From NCBI GenBank assembly GCA_008501765.1, contig QQUE01000002.1, forward strand, positions 90,520 to 154,519: 64,000 bases of DNA, in the 5' to 3' direction. Under the pieces are notes generated by a model that saw only the letters and a program-made list of their open reading frames with translations, was not told where the DNA came from and searched no databases. The DNA comes from Calditrichota bacterium (GTDB lineage: Bacteria; Zhuqueibacterota; Zhuqueibacteria; Zhuqueibacterales; Geothermadaptataceae). Below are positions 52,943-62,677 of this stretch, piece after piece; the stretch's first letter is position 1, and the number at the start of each line of letters is the position of its first letter. Made by a program: the position numbers and the translations under genes.

Positions 52943-54235
52943 ATGAAATCAGCCCTCATTCTATACAACATTATTTTTGTTCCTCTGCTCTATATTGCGT
53001 TCCGCCTATCTGGATTATTTAATAAAAAAATATCACGGGGAATCAAGGGCCGTGCCCATTTATTCTCCCAATTAAAAGCACAGTTGAAAAACGATTCCCA
53101 GACTGATGTCAGTTTTCTCATACACGCCGCTTCCATGGGAGAATACGAACAAGCCCGGCCCGTTGTCAAATTGATAAAGAAAAAAATCCCCAATGCGTGT
53201 ATCATTCTCAGCTTATTTTCACCATCCGTTTATGAAAACATCAAAAACAATTCCGATGTAGATATTACAACCTATTTGCCATTTGACAGCCCGTTTGCTG
53301 TTCGTAAATTTTTGAACCTTCTCTCACCTGATTTTCTTTTAATAACACGGCATGATATCTGGCCCAATTTACTTTGGCAAGCGCATCGAAGAGGCATTGT
53401 CAGCATGTTAATCGATGCCTCGGTGCACGAGGGTTCACTCCGTCATAAACCGGTCATGCGTCATTTCAATCGATTGCTTTTCGCATGTTTTGACCATGTT
53501 TGCATTATTAGTGAAACCGCACATTCTGGGATGAAAAAATTTCTCAACCGCAGCCAGAAAATAACTATCACCGGTGACACGCGATTTGATCAAGTCGTTG
53601 CCCGGGCGACGGAAACACCGGTTGAGGAGCTGCTGCCAGCCTCTTTTTTAAGCCACGAACGCATATTTATTGCCGGCAGCACCTGGCCCGAAGACGAAGA
53701 AATTATCATCCATGCATACCAAAAAGCCAAACAACAGGTTGCAGCCTTAAAGTTGATTTTTGCACCCCATGAGCTCACCGATGACCACATTGACGGGGCG
53801 CTAAAAAAATGCGCCTCTGCAGGAATTAATTGTGTAAAAATGTCAAACTTTATTCCGTCAAACAGCGGCGTTGATGCGCTGTTGATTGACAAAATGGGGA
53901 TACTTGCCAACATTTATTGTGCCGGGCAAGTCGCGTATGTCGGGGGCAGTTTTGGGCCGGGTGTGCATAGCGTCATTGAAGCCGCAGCGCACAAAATACC
54001 CGTGACTTTTGGTCCTCGCATGCGAAATAGCGCCGAAGCCATCGAAATGGTCGATAGCCAATGCGGCTTTATCATTAAAAATGGTGATGAATTATCAGAG
54101 TACCTGGTTTCATGGTTCAACAACACCGAGCAGCTTGAAAAACTATCGCATTCAGCGGAAAAATTCGTTTCTTCGCGGGCTGGTGCGAGCCAAAAAATTG
54201 TCGATCTCATTCTTGAAGAACTAGCCGGTTCCTGA
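52943..54235 (+). CDS. waaA: 3-deoxy-D-manno-octulosonic acid (Kdo) transferase
   Basis: Glycos_transf_N-type HAASMGEYEQARPVV motif; C-terminal GT-B half ...YVGGSFGPGVHSVIEAA. Confidence 0.9.
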   Translation: MKSALILYNIIFVPLLYIAFRLSGLFNKKISRGIKGRAHLFSQLKAQLKNDSQTDVSFLIHAASMGEYEQARPVVKLIKKKIPNACIILSLFSPSVYENIKNNSDVDITTYLPFDSPFAVRKFLNLLSPDFLLITRHDIWPNLLWQAHRRGIVSMLIDASVHEGSLRHKPVMRHFNRLLFACFDHVCIISETAHSGMKKFLNRSQKITITGDTRFDQVVARATETPVEELLPASFLSHERIFIAGSTWPEDEEIIIHAYQKAKQQVAALKLIFAPHELTDDHIDGALKKCASAGINCVKMSNFIPSNSGVDALLIDKMGILANIYCAGQVAYVGGSFGPGVHSVIEAAAHKIPVTFGPRMRNSAEAIEMVDSQCGFIIKNGDELSEYLVSWFNNTEQLEKLSHSAEKFVSSRAGASQKIVDLILEELAGS

Positions 54236-54510
54236 TTTCTCTCCATTAAATAACGCAGTGATTCAAGTATTTTCATACTTTTGTCCTGAAAAAGTTGCAT
54301 TTGTGCCCATCTTTACGAAATTTATTACATCCTTAAATCTGAATTTCAAAATTATCCGGATGCGGCATGCCATTGCCTATCCAAAATAGTCACGAATATT
54401 GATTTGAGCTTCTGATCGTTTAAAATATATTATAGATTCTACACGCTTAACGACTGTTGAAAAACTTTGAATCCATTTGATTGCACCATCGGAAATGAAA
54501 GGGACTTTTA

Positions 54511-55740
54511 ATGAAATTACTGCAGTTATTGATCATTCTCTTTTTGCAAACATTCGTATCCGGTTGTGATGTTGATCAAAGCAACGATTCTTTAAATCAC
54601 CAAACCGCACGATTTGCAACCGATTTTGCCTTTCTGAAAAAACATATTAATCCAATTGTCTTGCAAAACGAAAATGGCCAAGCAAAAGTGCTGGTTGCCG
54701 CCGAATACCAGGGACGCGTTATGACCTCAACTGCTTCCGGGGATGCCGGATTGAGCTTTGGCTGGCTGAATTACGATTTGATTGCCTCGGGAAAATTTGG
54801 ACCACATATCAATGCTTTCGGCGGGGAAGATCGATTCTGGCTTGGCCCTGAGGGTGGACAATTTTCTCTGTTTTTCAAAAATGGCGACCCCTTTGACCTC
54901 GCCCATTGGCAGACACCGCCGGCCATTGATTCCGAGCCGTTTGAAATCGTCGCACAGAGCAAAACAAACGTCAGCTTCCGCAAAAAAATGCAGTTGCTAA
55001 ATTACTCAAATTCACGATTTGACCTGCAGATTGACCGGGAAATTCACCTTTTAAATGAGGGTACAATCGCAGAAAAACTGGGGATGAAAATTGAATCTTC
55101 AGTTAATAGCGTTGCATTTGAGAGCATTAATAAAATCACTAACATTGGAAAATCAGGCTGGAAAAAGAAAACTGGCTTGTTATCAATCTGGATTCTCGGT
55201 ATGTTGAATCCTTCGGATGAAACAATAGTTGTGATTCCATTACGCGGCAGCGCCCGGATCAACGATAATTATTTTGGCAAAGTTCCCCCGGAGAGATTGG
55301 TTGTTCGAAACCAGGTTGCCTTTTTTAAAGGCGATGGCAAAATGCGCAGCAAAATCGGCGTGCCGCCCGGTTCCACCAGACCCATTTTAGGCAGTTATGA
55401 TGCTATTAACAAAATTCTGACTATCGTGCAATTTACATTTGATTCCAAAGCTGAATATTACGTCAATTCTGCCTGGGAAATGCAACAATTTCCCTACAAG
55501 GGCGACGTCATAAATTCCTACAACGATGGCCCACCGAGCCCCGGCGCCAAAGCGCTGGGACCATTTTATGAATTGGAAAGCTCCTCTGCTGCCAGAGAAT
55601 TGAATCCCGGTGAATCGTGCACTCATATTCACAGCACATTCCATTTTACCGGCCCTGAATCAGTGCTCGATAAAATCGCCCAAAATAAATTTGGCGTTGG
55701 ACTGACAGCAATAAAATCAGCACTGAAACAAGTTGAATAA
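54511..55740 (+). CDS. Lipoprotein, unknown function
   Basis: Lipobox FVSGC; conserved-looking GGEDRFWLGPEGGQFSLFF. No family confidently recognised. Confidence 0.6.
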   Translation: MKLLQLLIILFLQTFVSGCDVDQSNDSLNHQTARFATDFAFLKKHINPIVLQNENGQAKVLVAAEYQGRVMTSTASGDAGLSFGWLNYDLIASGKFGPHINAFGGEDRFWLGPEGGQFSLFFKNGDPFDLAHWQTPPAIDSEPFEIVAQSKTNVSFRKKMQLLNYSNSRFDLQIDREIHLLNEGTIAEKLGMKIESSVNSVAFESINKITNIGKSGWKKKTGLLSIWILGMLNPSDETIVVIPLRGSARINDNYFGKVPPERLVVRNQVAFFKGDGKMRSKIGVPPGSTRPILGSYDAINKILTIVQFTFDSKAEYYVNSAWEMQQFPYKGDVINSYNDGPPSPGAKALGPFYELESSSAARELNPGESCTHIHSTFHFTGPESVLDKIAQNKFGVGLTAIKSALKQVE

Positions 55741-55902
55741 ATTTTCTGAAACCAGATTTATGAGCGCTGCTGAGCTATCAGCACATGGTTAAAAAAGAAG
55801 ATACTATCCGGCTTACGATGAACAAACGCTGGAATTTATTTGGCATATTATGTTAACAGTCCCTTTTAATCAATTGACAAAAATATTGTAAGGAGGAGCA
55901 CC

Positions 55903-57594
55903 ATGAAAAAAGGTTTAATAACTATTCTCATGTTATTTCTTGCAACCCATTTGTTTGGTCAAAATAGCTGGAATTTTAGCTGGAAACTGGACCAGCAGCC
56001 ATTTCAGGATCCCCAGGCCGGTTCCGAAATGGGCATTGTAAAAGCCGGTTTTGATACCGACGAAGACGGCTGGGGAGAATTTATTTGTGCCTACACCGAC
56101 AAAGATTCCAACTATGTTTTAATGTATGAAGCGTCAGCAAACAACACGTATGATCTGGTCTGGTTCTGGCGGTATCCCGTACCAGCAAATACATTTGCTG
56201 GAATTGTTGTCGGCGATATGGACAACAACGGGATAGTAGAAATCCTTACGACCATGCCCTCGGTTGTGAGTACAGAAAATCCAAATCCATCGCGGCTTTG
56301 GGTTTTCGAGTGGTCCGGTGTGCAGGGCGAAAACAAATACGGCGTTTATTCCGGCGATGAATTTACACCGACGAGTGAATGGAATTTTGATGTAGACGAT
56401 AATATTGATCTCAGACCGTACAGCCTGACGATCGAAGATATCGATTGGGACGGGGCAAATGAACTCATTGTCGGCGTACGCGCGGGAGACCGGGGGCGGG
56501 AAGTTATCGTGGCCAACGTGCTCGGTGAATTCACCAGCCTCGGCGCCTGGACTATCGAATACCATGTGCCGGGACTCAGCGGCGGCGCACTTTACAACGT
56601 AACAACTGGTGATTTGGACAACGACGGCAACCGGGAAATTCATGCTGCGATCTGGAACCTGTTCAGTCTTTTAATAATCGAGAGCACCGGCCCCGATACG
56701 TACAATGTCGAAGTAGAGCACAATGCAATTTTCAAAGATTCAGGAATCGACCACGGCGCCCTGGATGCTGTGCGCGTTGCGGATGCAAATGGCGATGGGA
56801 TCAATGAACTCTACTATGCTTCGATGCAATCTGAAAACATGCTGTTCATGATAACAAATATTTCCGATGTCAGCACCATTGACACAGCCGATGTTGTTAA
56901 CTTTTATACAATTCCAGTCAAGGAAGGGACGCTTGGAAGATTGCGGACATTGTACATCGATGATCCGGATGAAGATGGAAACATCGATCTGATGATCGGT
57001 GGGGAACGCAGCGGACAGGTTTTCGATCTCGAATACAAAGGCTCAGGCGACCCGACGGATTCAGCAAACTGGGAACTCAATATCGCCTACGATCTTTTCG
57101 AACACACCGGTTTAACACCTCAGGATACCGTAACAATTGGTCCCAGAATATTCTACGGCCACCCGGCTGGTGATATGGATCAGGACGGATTCAATGAATA
57201 TGTTTTTGTCAATTATAGCGCTGATCTCGACATTTCCGATGATGATGGTTACGTTTGGGTTATCGAGGCAGATAATACAACCGGAATTTCTGCTGAGCAG
57301 AGCATCATCCCTGAAAACATGCTTTTGAAGCAAAATTATCCGAATCCGTTTAATCCGGCAACAACTATTGAATTTGTGATTCCAAAACAAAAATACGTCA
57401 CGCTCAATGTGTATAATTCACTCGGTCAACACATTGCCCAATTAATGGACGCAAATATGGCAGCAGGTAGCCATCAGATCAAGTTTGACGCGACTGATTT
57501 GCCAACCGGAAATTACTTTGTTCAATTAAAGACTAAAAACAAGAACGGGCATTTTGATTTTATCCAAACAAGAAAAATTACGCTGTTAAAATAA
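55903..57594 (+). CDS. FG-GAP/VCBS-repeat beta-propeller protein with a T9SS sorting tail
   Basis: AAGGAGG RBS and signal peptide. Six Ca-binding-like loops: GDMDNNGIVE, DIDWDGANE, GDLDNDGNRE, ADANGDGINE, DDPDEDGNID, GDMDQDGFNE. Tail NYPNPFNPATTIEF...GNYFVQL. Confidence 0.85.
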   Translation: MKKGLITILMLFLATHLFGQNSWNFSWKLDQQPFQDPQAGSEMGIVKAGFDTDEDGWGEFICAYTDKDSNYVLMYEASANNTYDLVWFWRYPVPANTFAGIVVGDMDNNGIVEILTTMPSVVSTENPNPSRLWVFEWSGVQGENKYGVYSGDEFTPTSEWNFDVDDNIDLRPYSLTIEDIDWDGANELIVGVRAGDRGREVIVANVLGEFTSLGAWTIEYHVPGLSGGALYNVTTGDLDNDGNREIHAAIWNLFSLLIIESTGPDTYNVEVEHNAIFKDSGIDHGALDAVRVADANGDGINELYYASMQSENMLFMITNISDVSTIDTADVVNFYTIPVKEGTLGRLRTLYIDDPDEDGNIDLMIGGERSGQVFDLEYKGSGDPTDSANWELNIAYDLFEHTGLTPQDTVTIGPRIFYGHPAGDMDQDGFNEYVFVNYSADLDISDDDGYVWVIEADNTTGISAEQSIIPENMLLKQNYPNPFNPATTIEFVIPKQKYVTLNVYNSLGQHIAQLMDANMAAGSHQIKFDATDLPTGNYFVQLKTKNKNGHFDFIQTRKITLLK

Positions 57595-57608
57595 GATTCT
57601 CGAACTGG

Positions 57609-57637
57609 GCGGGCTGGGTGAACCGGCCTGCTTTTTT
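57609..57637 (+). terminator. Rho-independent terminator
   Basis: GCGGGCTG-GGTGAAC-CGGCCTGC (two G-U pairs), then TTTTTT. Confidence 0.7.
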
Positions 57638-57662
57638 ATGGGATTTGCAGAATATTTCGTGG

Positions 57663-58322
57663 CTATGGGGTATTCGGGAGCCGCTTTCTTAAAATACCCG
57701 CCCACACCAGATAGCCATTATCATTCAAATGCAGACCGTCGTGAGTGAACTTTTCTTTCAATAAATATTTTTCGTTGGCAAAATGAGGGAACAAATTCAC
57801 AAATTGAAAATGATTCTTTGCCGCAATCTCCTCTAAAAATTTATTGATGCGTCGAATTTGCGCAGGTGGGCAGTTTTTCCAACGCGCCGTTGTCGGCAAA
57901 ATTGAATGCAGATATATTTTCGTTTCCGGTAATTGCTGTCTTAATGAGTCCAATAAAATTGTGAACATATTCTGCAGGTAGGCATCCGAACGTCGGTCAC
58001 CAATATCGTTTATCCCGATCATCAGCATCAGATTTTTCGGTTTAAGCGCCGTTGCTGAATTTTGTAAACGTGCTATGAGTCCATCGATATGATCACCGAC
58101 AATTCCGCGGTTAACGGCACGCCACTCTGGAAAATAGTGCTGCAGATCAAATCCTTCGATAATCGAATTTCCTAAAAATACGGTGCCGCCAAATTTTATA
58201 CTGTCTTTTTCGGTCTCAAATTGCTGGTATTTTTCAAACCAATGGGCCGTTCTCTTCTCTTCCTGCGCTTGCGCACATCCTATCAGCCCGGCAATTAAAA
58301 TCAAATTTAATAGTAATTTCAT
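57663..58322 (-). CDS. SGNH/GDSL-family esterase (secreted)
   Basis: Block I FLGNSIIEG, block III GINDI, block V DGLHLN; signal/lipobox-like LIAGLIGCAQA. Confidence 0.85.
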   Translation of the reverse strand: MKLLLNLILIAGLIGCAQAQEEKRTAHWFEKYQQFETEKDSIKFGGTVFLGNSIIEGFDLQHYFPEWRAVNRGIVGDHIDGLIARLQNSATALKPKNLMLMIGINDIGDRRSDAYLQNMFTILLDSLRQQLPETKIYLHSILPTTARWKNCPPAQIRRINKFLEEIAAKNHFQFVNLFPHFANEKYLLKEKFTHDGLHLNDNGYLVWAGILRKRLPNTP

Positions 58323-58449
58323 AACAAATTGCTCACCTTACACTTGCTCAAGAATTCGTAACATAAAACAGGATATGAACTTATAATTTAACAAGAAACA
58401 AATTTAAATAATTATTGGAACCGAAATTCTAATACGCAGATCATAATTC

Positions 58450-58478
58450 TTGACATCATGCGCTGTATGTTTTACTTT
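58450..58478 (+). promoter_or_regulatory. Candidate sigma-70-type promoter
   Basis: TTGACA - 17 nt - TACTTT, the same hexamer pair and spacing as at 51704. Confidence 0.35.
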
Positions 58479-58705
58479 GTACAAGTATTTTATTTAAATA
58501 GAGTAATTAAAACTATTTATTCTCCAAAAATTCTTTCTGCTCGACAGCAAATTATTAAATGGCAGATGAGATCTTCAGACGACTAACCACCCTTTGAATA
58601 CAAAATATTTATTCCCGGAGTTATTATTTTCGTGCGTGCATCCGTTATATAACAGGTGAGAATAACGGATCAACGAGCGCCGACTAACGATTGGATCAGG
58701 TTAAA

Positions 58706-60196
58706 ATGGACTGGAACAACGAAAAATTTCTGACAAATGATTTACTTACAACACCGCAGCCAGAACTGGGAACAATATTAGTCACCGGCGCCACCGGATA
58801 TGTCGGCGGACGGCTGGTGCCGGAGTTACTTCACCGCGGCTATAAGGTCCGGGTAATGACCCGCGTTTCTGTCGAAGATATTAACGAACAATGGCCGGAG
58901 GTCGAAGCCGTGGTGGCTGATGCGCTCAAACCGGCGCAATTAGAAACCGCCCTGGATGGCGTTCACACCGCTTATTACCTCATTCATGCCTTGCTTCTCG
59001 GCGAGAAAAAATTTGAAGTAGTCGATGTGCAGGCAGCGATAAATTTTAGAAATGTGGCCGAGGCAAAAGGGGTGAAACGAATTATATATCTCGGTGGGCT
59101 TGGGGATACAAATGCACCGCTTTCTCCCCACCTGCGCAGTCGAATTCAAGTGGCGGAAGAGCTGAAAAAAGGCGCGGTAAAAACCACCGTTCTTCGTGCT
59201 GCAATTATCATTGGCTCGGGCAGTGCATCCTATGAAATTCTAAAAAACCTCGTTAAAAGATCGCCGGTGTTTTTTATGCCTTTCTGGGCTCGGACAAAAT
59301 GCCAGCCGATCAGTATCCGCAATCTCATAAATACACTCATTGGCTGCCTCGAGACCGAAGAAACAGCCGGAAATTCCTACGATATCGGTGGCAAGGAAAT
59401 TCTCACATACGAAAAAATGATTCGCATTCTCGCTGATTTACAAAACAAGAAAAAAATAATTCTTTACACTTCATTTTCACATATTGGATTCTACTCCTAC
59501 ATCGCGAGTTTGCTCACGCCCGTGCCTGCAGCCATAATTCGCTCCCTCATGGCCAGCACGAAGAATGAGGTGATTTGCCGCAACAAAGAGGAGCTTCCCG
59601 ATACCCTCTACAGGCCCATAAGTTATCTCGAAGCTTTATTACGCGCCATGACCCGCGAAGAACAGGATGATGTTTCATCGCGCTGGTCTGATCAGTATCC
59701 GCGGGCACACGAACTGGCGATTAAATTACAGGAACTAAATGATCCGCCTAAATACATCAGCTCCTATTCGCTTGAAACTGAAAAAGAGGCTGCCGACTTG
59801 TTCAAATCGTTTAGTAAAATCGGTGGCGAAGACGGCTGGTTCCACGCCAATTGGATGTGGCGCGCACGCGGTTTGGTGGACCGTCTCATCTTCGGTGTCG
59901 GCGATGCGCGCGGGCGACGGAGCCGGACTTCGTTGCGCGTCAATGATGTTGTTGGTTTTTGGCGCGTGGAAGGCAAGCGGCAAAACAGCCGGCTTCTTTT
60001 GCGCGCGGAAATGAAAGTGCCCGGCATGGCCTGGCTCGAATTCAGCATCAAAAAAGCCGGAGAAAAAAACAGGCTGATTGTCACTGCTTACTTTGAACCC
60101 AAAGGCATCCCGGGAATTATTTACTGGTACAATTTCCTCCCGTTTCATTATTTCATCTTTACGAAGATGATAAAGCAAATTGAGCAGCGGGCGTGA
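58706..60196 (+). CDS. NAD(P)-binding SDR-family protein fused to a DUF2867-like C-terminal domain
   Basis: VTGATGYVGGRLVPELL Rossmann motif; C-terminal GFWRVE...LLLRAEMKVPGMAWLEF typical of DUF2867. The track start 58691 is a TTG. Confidence 0.85.
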   Translation: MDWNNEKFLTNDLLTTPQPELGTILVTGATGYVGGRLVPELLHRGYKVRVMTRVSVEDINEQWPEVEAVVADALKPAQLETALDGVHTAYYLIHALLLGEKKFEVVDVQAAINFRNVAEAKGVKRIIYLGGLGDTNAPLSPHLRSRIQVAEELKKGAVKTTVLRAAIIIGSGSASYEILKNLVKRSPVFFMPFWARTKCQPISIRNLINTLIGCLETEETAGNSYDIGGKEILTYEKMIRILADLQNKKKIILYTSFSHIGFYSYIASLLTPVPAAIIRSLMASTKNEVICRNKEELPDTLYRPISYLEALLRAMTREEQDDVSSRWSDQYPRAHELAIKLQELNDPPKYISSYSLETEKEAADLFKSFSKIGGEDGWFHANWMWRARGLVDRLIFGVGDARGRRSRTSLRVNDVVGFWRVEGKRQNSRLLLRAEMKVPGMAWLEFSIKKAGEKNRLIVTAYFEPKGIPGIIYWYNFLPFHYFIFTKMIKQIEQRA

Positions 60197-60440
60197 ATAG
60201 AGTTCGCAATTCAAGTATCCTGACTGCCGGGGAAAGTTACATTAATTCATTACCTCTCTGTGTGAAAAAAATATAAATAATTTTCTCATCAAACAGGGAA
60301 ACTTTCAGGTTTTTTGTACTTACTACAACCCGCTTGCAACCATTCCATTTACTACTTGCATCATCAAGAACAGAGATTACTCCCTAAATAATTTTCTATA
60401 ATTCCTTCCCGATTGGAATAATTTGTCCCGCTTCACAGTT

Positions 60441-60470
60441 TTAGTATTTAAGAAATTGCTAATATACTAA
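60441..60470. promoter_or_regulatory. Imperfect 30-bp palindrome, candidate ArsR/SmtB operator
   Basis: TTAGTATTTAAGAAATTGCTAATATACTAA has perfect 7-bp ends and 24 of 30 positions self-complementary. It ends 10 nt before the regulator start. Confidence 0.45.
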
Positions 60471-60480
60471 CAGGTGTGTT

Positions 60481-60885
60481 GTGAAAAAAATCATTATTGA
60501 AAGCCAACTTTGTATCGGCCCAACATTCTCAAAAGCCGAATTTGCGCTGATCAAACGCAATCTATCCGCGCAAAAAGGCCTGGTAACTTTAGCCGATTCA
60601 CTCTCGGCAGCAGGCAATGAGAAGCGCTTGAAAATATTATACCTTTTACACGCCCATCATGAGATGTGCGTTTGTGATATCGCTGAAATACTGGAGTTGA
60701 CAGACTCTGCAGCTTCCCAGCATTTGCGCAAACTCAAGGATAGAAATCTTGTGAAATCGCGGCGAAAAGGCCAGACTATTTATTACTCCCTGGTTTCGAA
60801 TGTATTTACAACCAATCTGGTGGATATGTTTGAACAAGATGAAACCAGAGAGCAACACGCATTTGTTTTGAAGGAAAGGCAATGA
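60481..60885 (+). CDS. ArsR/SmtB-family metal-sensing repressor (alpha3 CVC site)
   Basis: RLKILYLLHAHHEMCVCDIAEILELTDSAASQHLRKLKDRNLV wHTH with the ELCVCD-type thiolate motif; GTG start. Confidence 0.9.
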   Translation: MKKIIIESQLCIGPTFSKAEFALIKRNLSAQKGLVTLADSLSAAGNEKRLKILYLLHAHHEMCVCDIAEILELTDSAASQHLRKLKDRNLVKSRRKGQTIYYSLVSNVFTTNLVDMFEQDETREQHAFVLKERQ

Positions 60886-60888
60886 CCG

Positions 60889-61230
60889 TTGAAAAAAAAT
60901 ATTTTAACTAACAGTGGTTCCATCGTCGCCGGGGTTTTAGCGTCCGCGTGCTGTATCGGGCCATTGCTGGCATCGATTTTCAGCATCGGCGGCCTGGCTT
61001 TCGCGACAACGTTGGAGCCGTATCGGCCGTATTTCATTGGCGTCACAGTCATTTTTCTGGCCGGTGGTTTTTTTTATGCTTATCGCCCGCAAGAAGAAGT
61101 ATGTGGGCTGGATGGCGAATGCACGGTGCCGCAAAACCGGAATACCCAGCGTATCATTTTATGGTGCGTGACTGTCCTAACGGCGATTTTAGTGGCTTTC
61201 CCCTATTTGTTACCGTACCTGCCGATCTAA
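60889..61230 (+). CDS. merT: Mercuric-ion transporter MerT family protein
   Basis: LASACCIGPL (TM1 vicinal Cys), LEPYRPYFIG, YRPQEEVCGLDGECTVPQ (C-x5-C loop) and FPYLLPY all align with canonical MerT. TTG start behind AAGGAAAGG. Confidence 0.85.
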   Translation: MKKNILTNSGSIVAGVLASACCIGPLLASIFSIGGLAFATTLEPYRPYFIGVTVIFLAGGFFYAYRPQEEVCGLDGECTVPQNRNTQRIILWCVTVLTAILVAFPYLLPYLPI

Positions 61231-61270
61231 TTTTAAAAAAAATCGTGTGAACTTAATTTGGAGTCTTATT

Positions 61271-61591
61271 ATGAACAGTAAAACATTATTTATCGCTTTG
61301 GCACTTATCACTCTGCCAGCCCTGATCTCCTGCACAACGGAAGCCAGGCAGGAAACGGCCGATGCGACGCCAACCGCGCTGGTTACTATCGATGTGCAGG
61401 GCATGACCTGCGCAGGTTGCGAAACTAGCATCAAAATGGCGGTGAAAAAAATTGCAGGTGTAAAAAACGTTGAAGCCAGCTTTTCCGAAGGTACGGCCGT
61501 AGTCACGGTCAACCCGGAGAAAGCGCAGGAGCAGCAAATCATTGATGCGATAAACAAAATTGGCTATACAGCAAAGAAGAAAAAATCGTAA
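61271..61591 (+). CDS. merP: Periplasmic heavy-metal-binding protein, MerP-like (HMA domain)
   Basis: GGAG RBS 7 nt upstream; signal/lipobox-like ALITLPALISC; GMTCAGCETSI metal loop. Confidence 0.8.
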   Translation: MNSKTLFIALALITLPALISCTTEARQETADATPTALVTIDVQGMTCAGCETSIKMAVKKIAGVKNVEASFSEGTAVVTVNPEKAQEQQIIDAINKIGYTAKKKKS

Positions 61592-61622
61592 CATTTTATT
61601 GGTCTTTGCAAAGGACAACAAA

Positions 61623-62588
61623 ATGAAAATCAGATACTTAGCTCTAATCTTATTATTTTTCACCGCAACCGGATGCGGTCAAACACAGGAAAATTCAACT
61701 GTCGGGCAGGACTCCGGGATAAAGACAATCTCCGTAGGCAAAGGCCCTGATGCCATGTTTTTAAGGCCGGATGAGCGTTTTCTCTACATTGCTAACGTGG
61801 AAGACACATTTGTCAGTGTCATCGATACCCGCACCGACAGTGTCGTGCAAACAATCGATACGGTTGATTATCCCTGGGGATTTGTGCGTCTCGGTGAGAG
61901 CAACTTTGTTGCCGTGAGTGGATGGAACAAGGGCATCGATATCATTGATTTCACCACGCACAAAATTGTCCGTTACAAAAGCTATGAGCACAATTTGGGT
62001 GGTATAACCGCTGCCAAAGATGGCAAGACACTGTTTGTCGTGGCTACTGATGCAAACAAGGCGCTGAAGATCGATGCGGCAACCCTAGAGGTGACAGATG
62101 AATATCCAACCGGCGATGGGCCGGACGGTATCAGCATTTCGAAATACGGAAGAAAAATTTACGTGACCAATACCAAAGACGGCACTATCTCGGTTATCAA
62201 CGTCAAAACGAAAGTCACGAGTGTGATAAAAACAGGCGGCAAGCCGGAGTTGGTGCATTCCAACGAAGACCATTCCCTGCTTTACATCAGCAATTTCTTT
62301 GAAAACAAAATTCACATTATCGATACGAAATCCGATAAAATCATTCAAGAAATCACAGGACTTGATGGTCCCGAAGAAGCCGTTTTATCGAAATCCGGCT
62401 CAACACTCTACGTCGTTAATTTCAACAGTTCAAAAGTTTACTGCTACGATGCAAAAAACCAGCGAAAGTTGAAGCATGAATTTACCGTTGGCAAAAAGCC
62501 GATCGGTATCGTTTCAGCGATTAACGACAGCAAGTTGTACGTAACCAATTACGGCGATAATGCTGTGGCTGTGATTTCATTAAACTAA
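61623..62588 (+). CDS. YVTN-family beta-propeller lipoprotein
   Basis: Lipobox FTATGC. There are at least five ~40-aa repeats of the form G.GP..(I/V)....G..LYV.N....(I/V)SVI(D/N)..T. Confidence 0.85.
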   Translation: MKIRYLALILLFFTATGCGQTQENSTVGQDSGIKTISVGKGPDAMFLRPDERFLYIANVEDTFVSVIDTRTDSVVQTIDTVDYPWGFVRLGESNFVAVSGWNKGIDIIDFTTHKIVRYKSYEHNLGGITAAKDGKTLFVVATDANKALKIDAATLEVTDEYPTGDGPDGISISKYGRKIYVTNTKDGTISVINVKTKVTSVIKTGGKPELVHSNEDHSLLYISNFFENKIHIIDTKSDKIIQEITGLDGPEEAVLSKSGSTLYVVNFNSSKVYCYDAKNQRKLKHEFTVGKKPIGIVSAINDSKLYVTNYGDNAVAVISLN

Positions 62589-62677
62589 AAATAATACATG
62601 ATTTGTAGATAAAACGAATTCCCCTTTTAATGAACATCCGTCGAGCAGTTTAATTCTGGATAAGAAAGGAAAATAAA

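Noticed and set aside
51704-58478. Identical TTGACA-N17-TACTTT promoter-like strings at 51704 and 58450 as evidence for a special regulon.
   Set aside because: Two occurrences of a near-consensus sigma-70 pattern are expected by chance in AT-rich spacers. They are listed only as low-confidence promoters.
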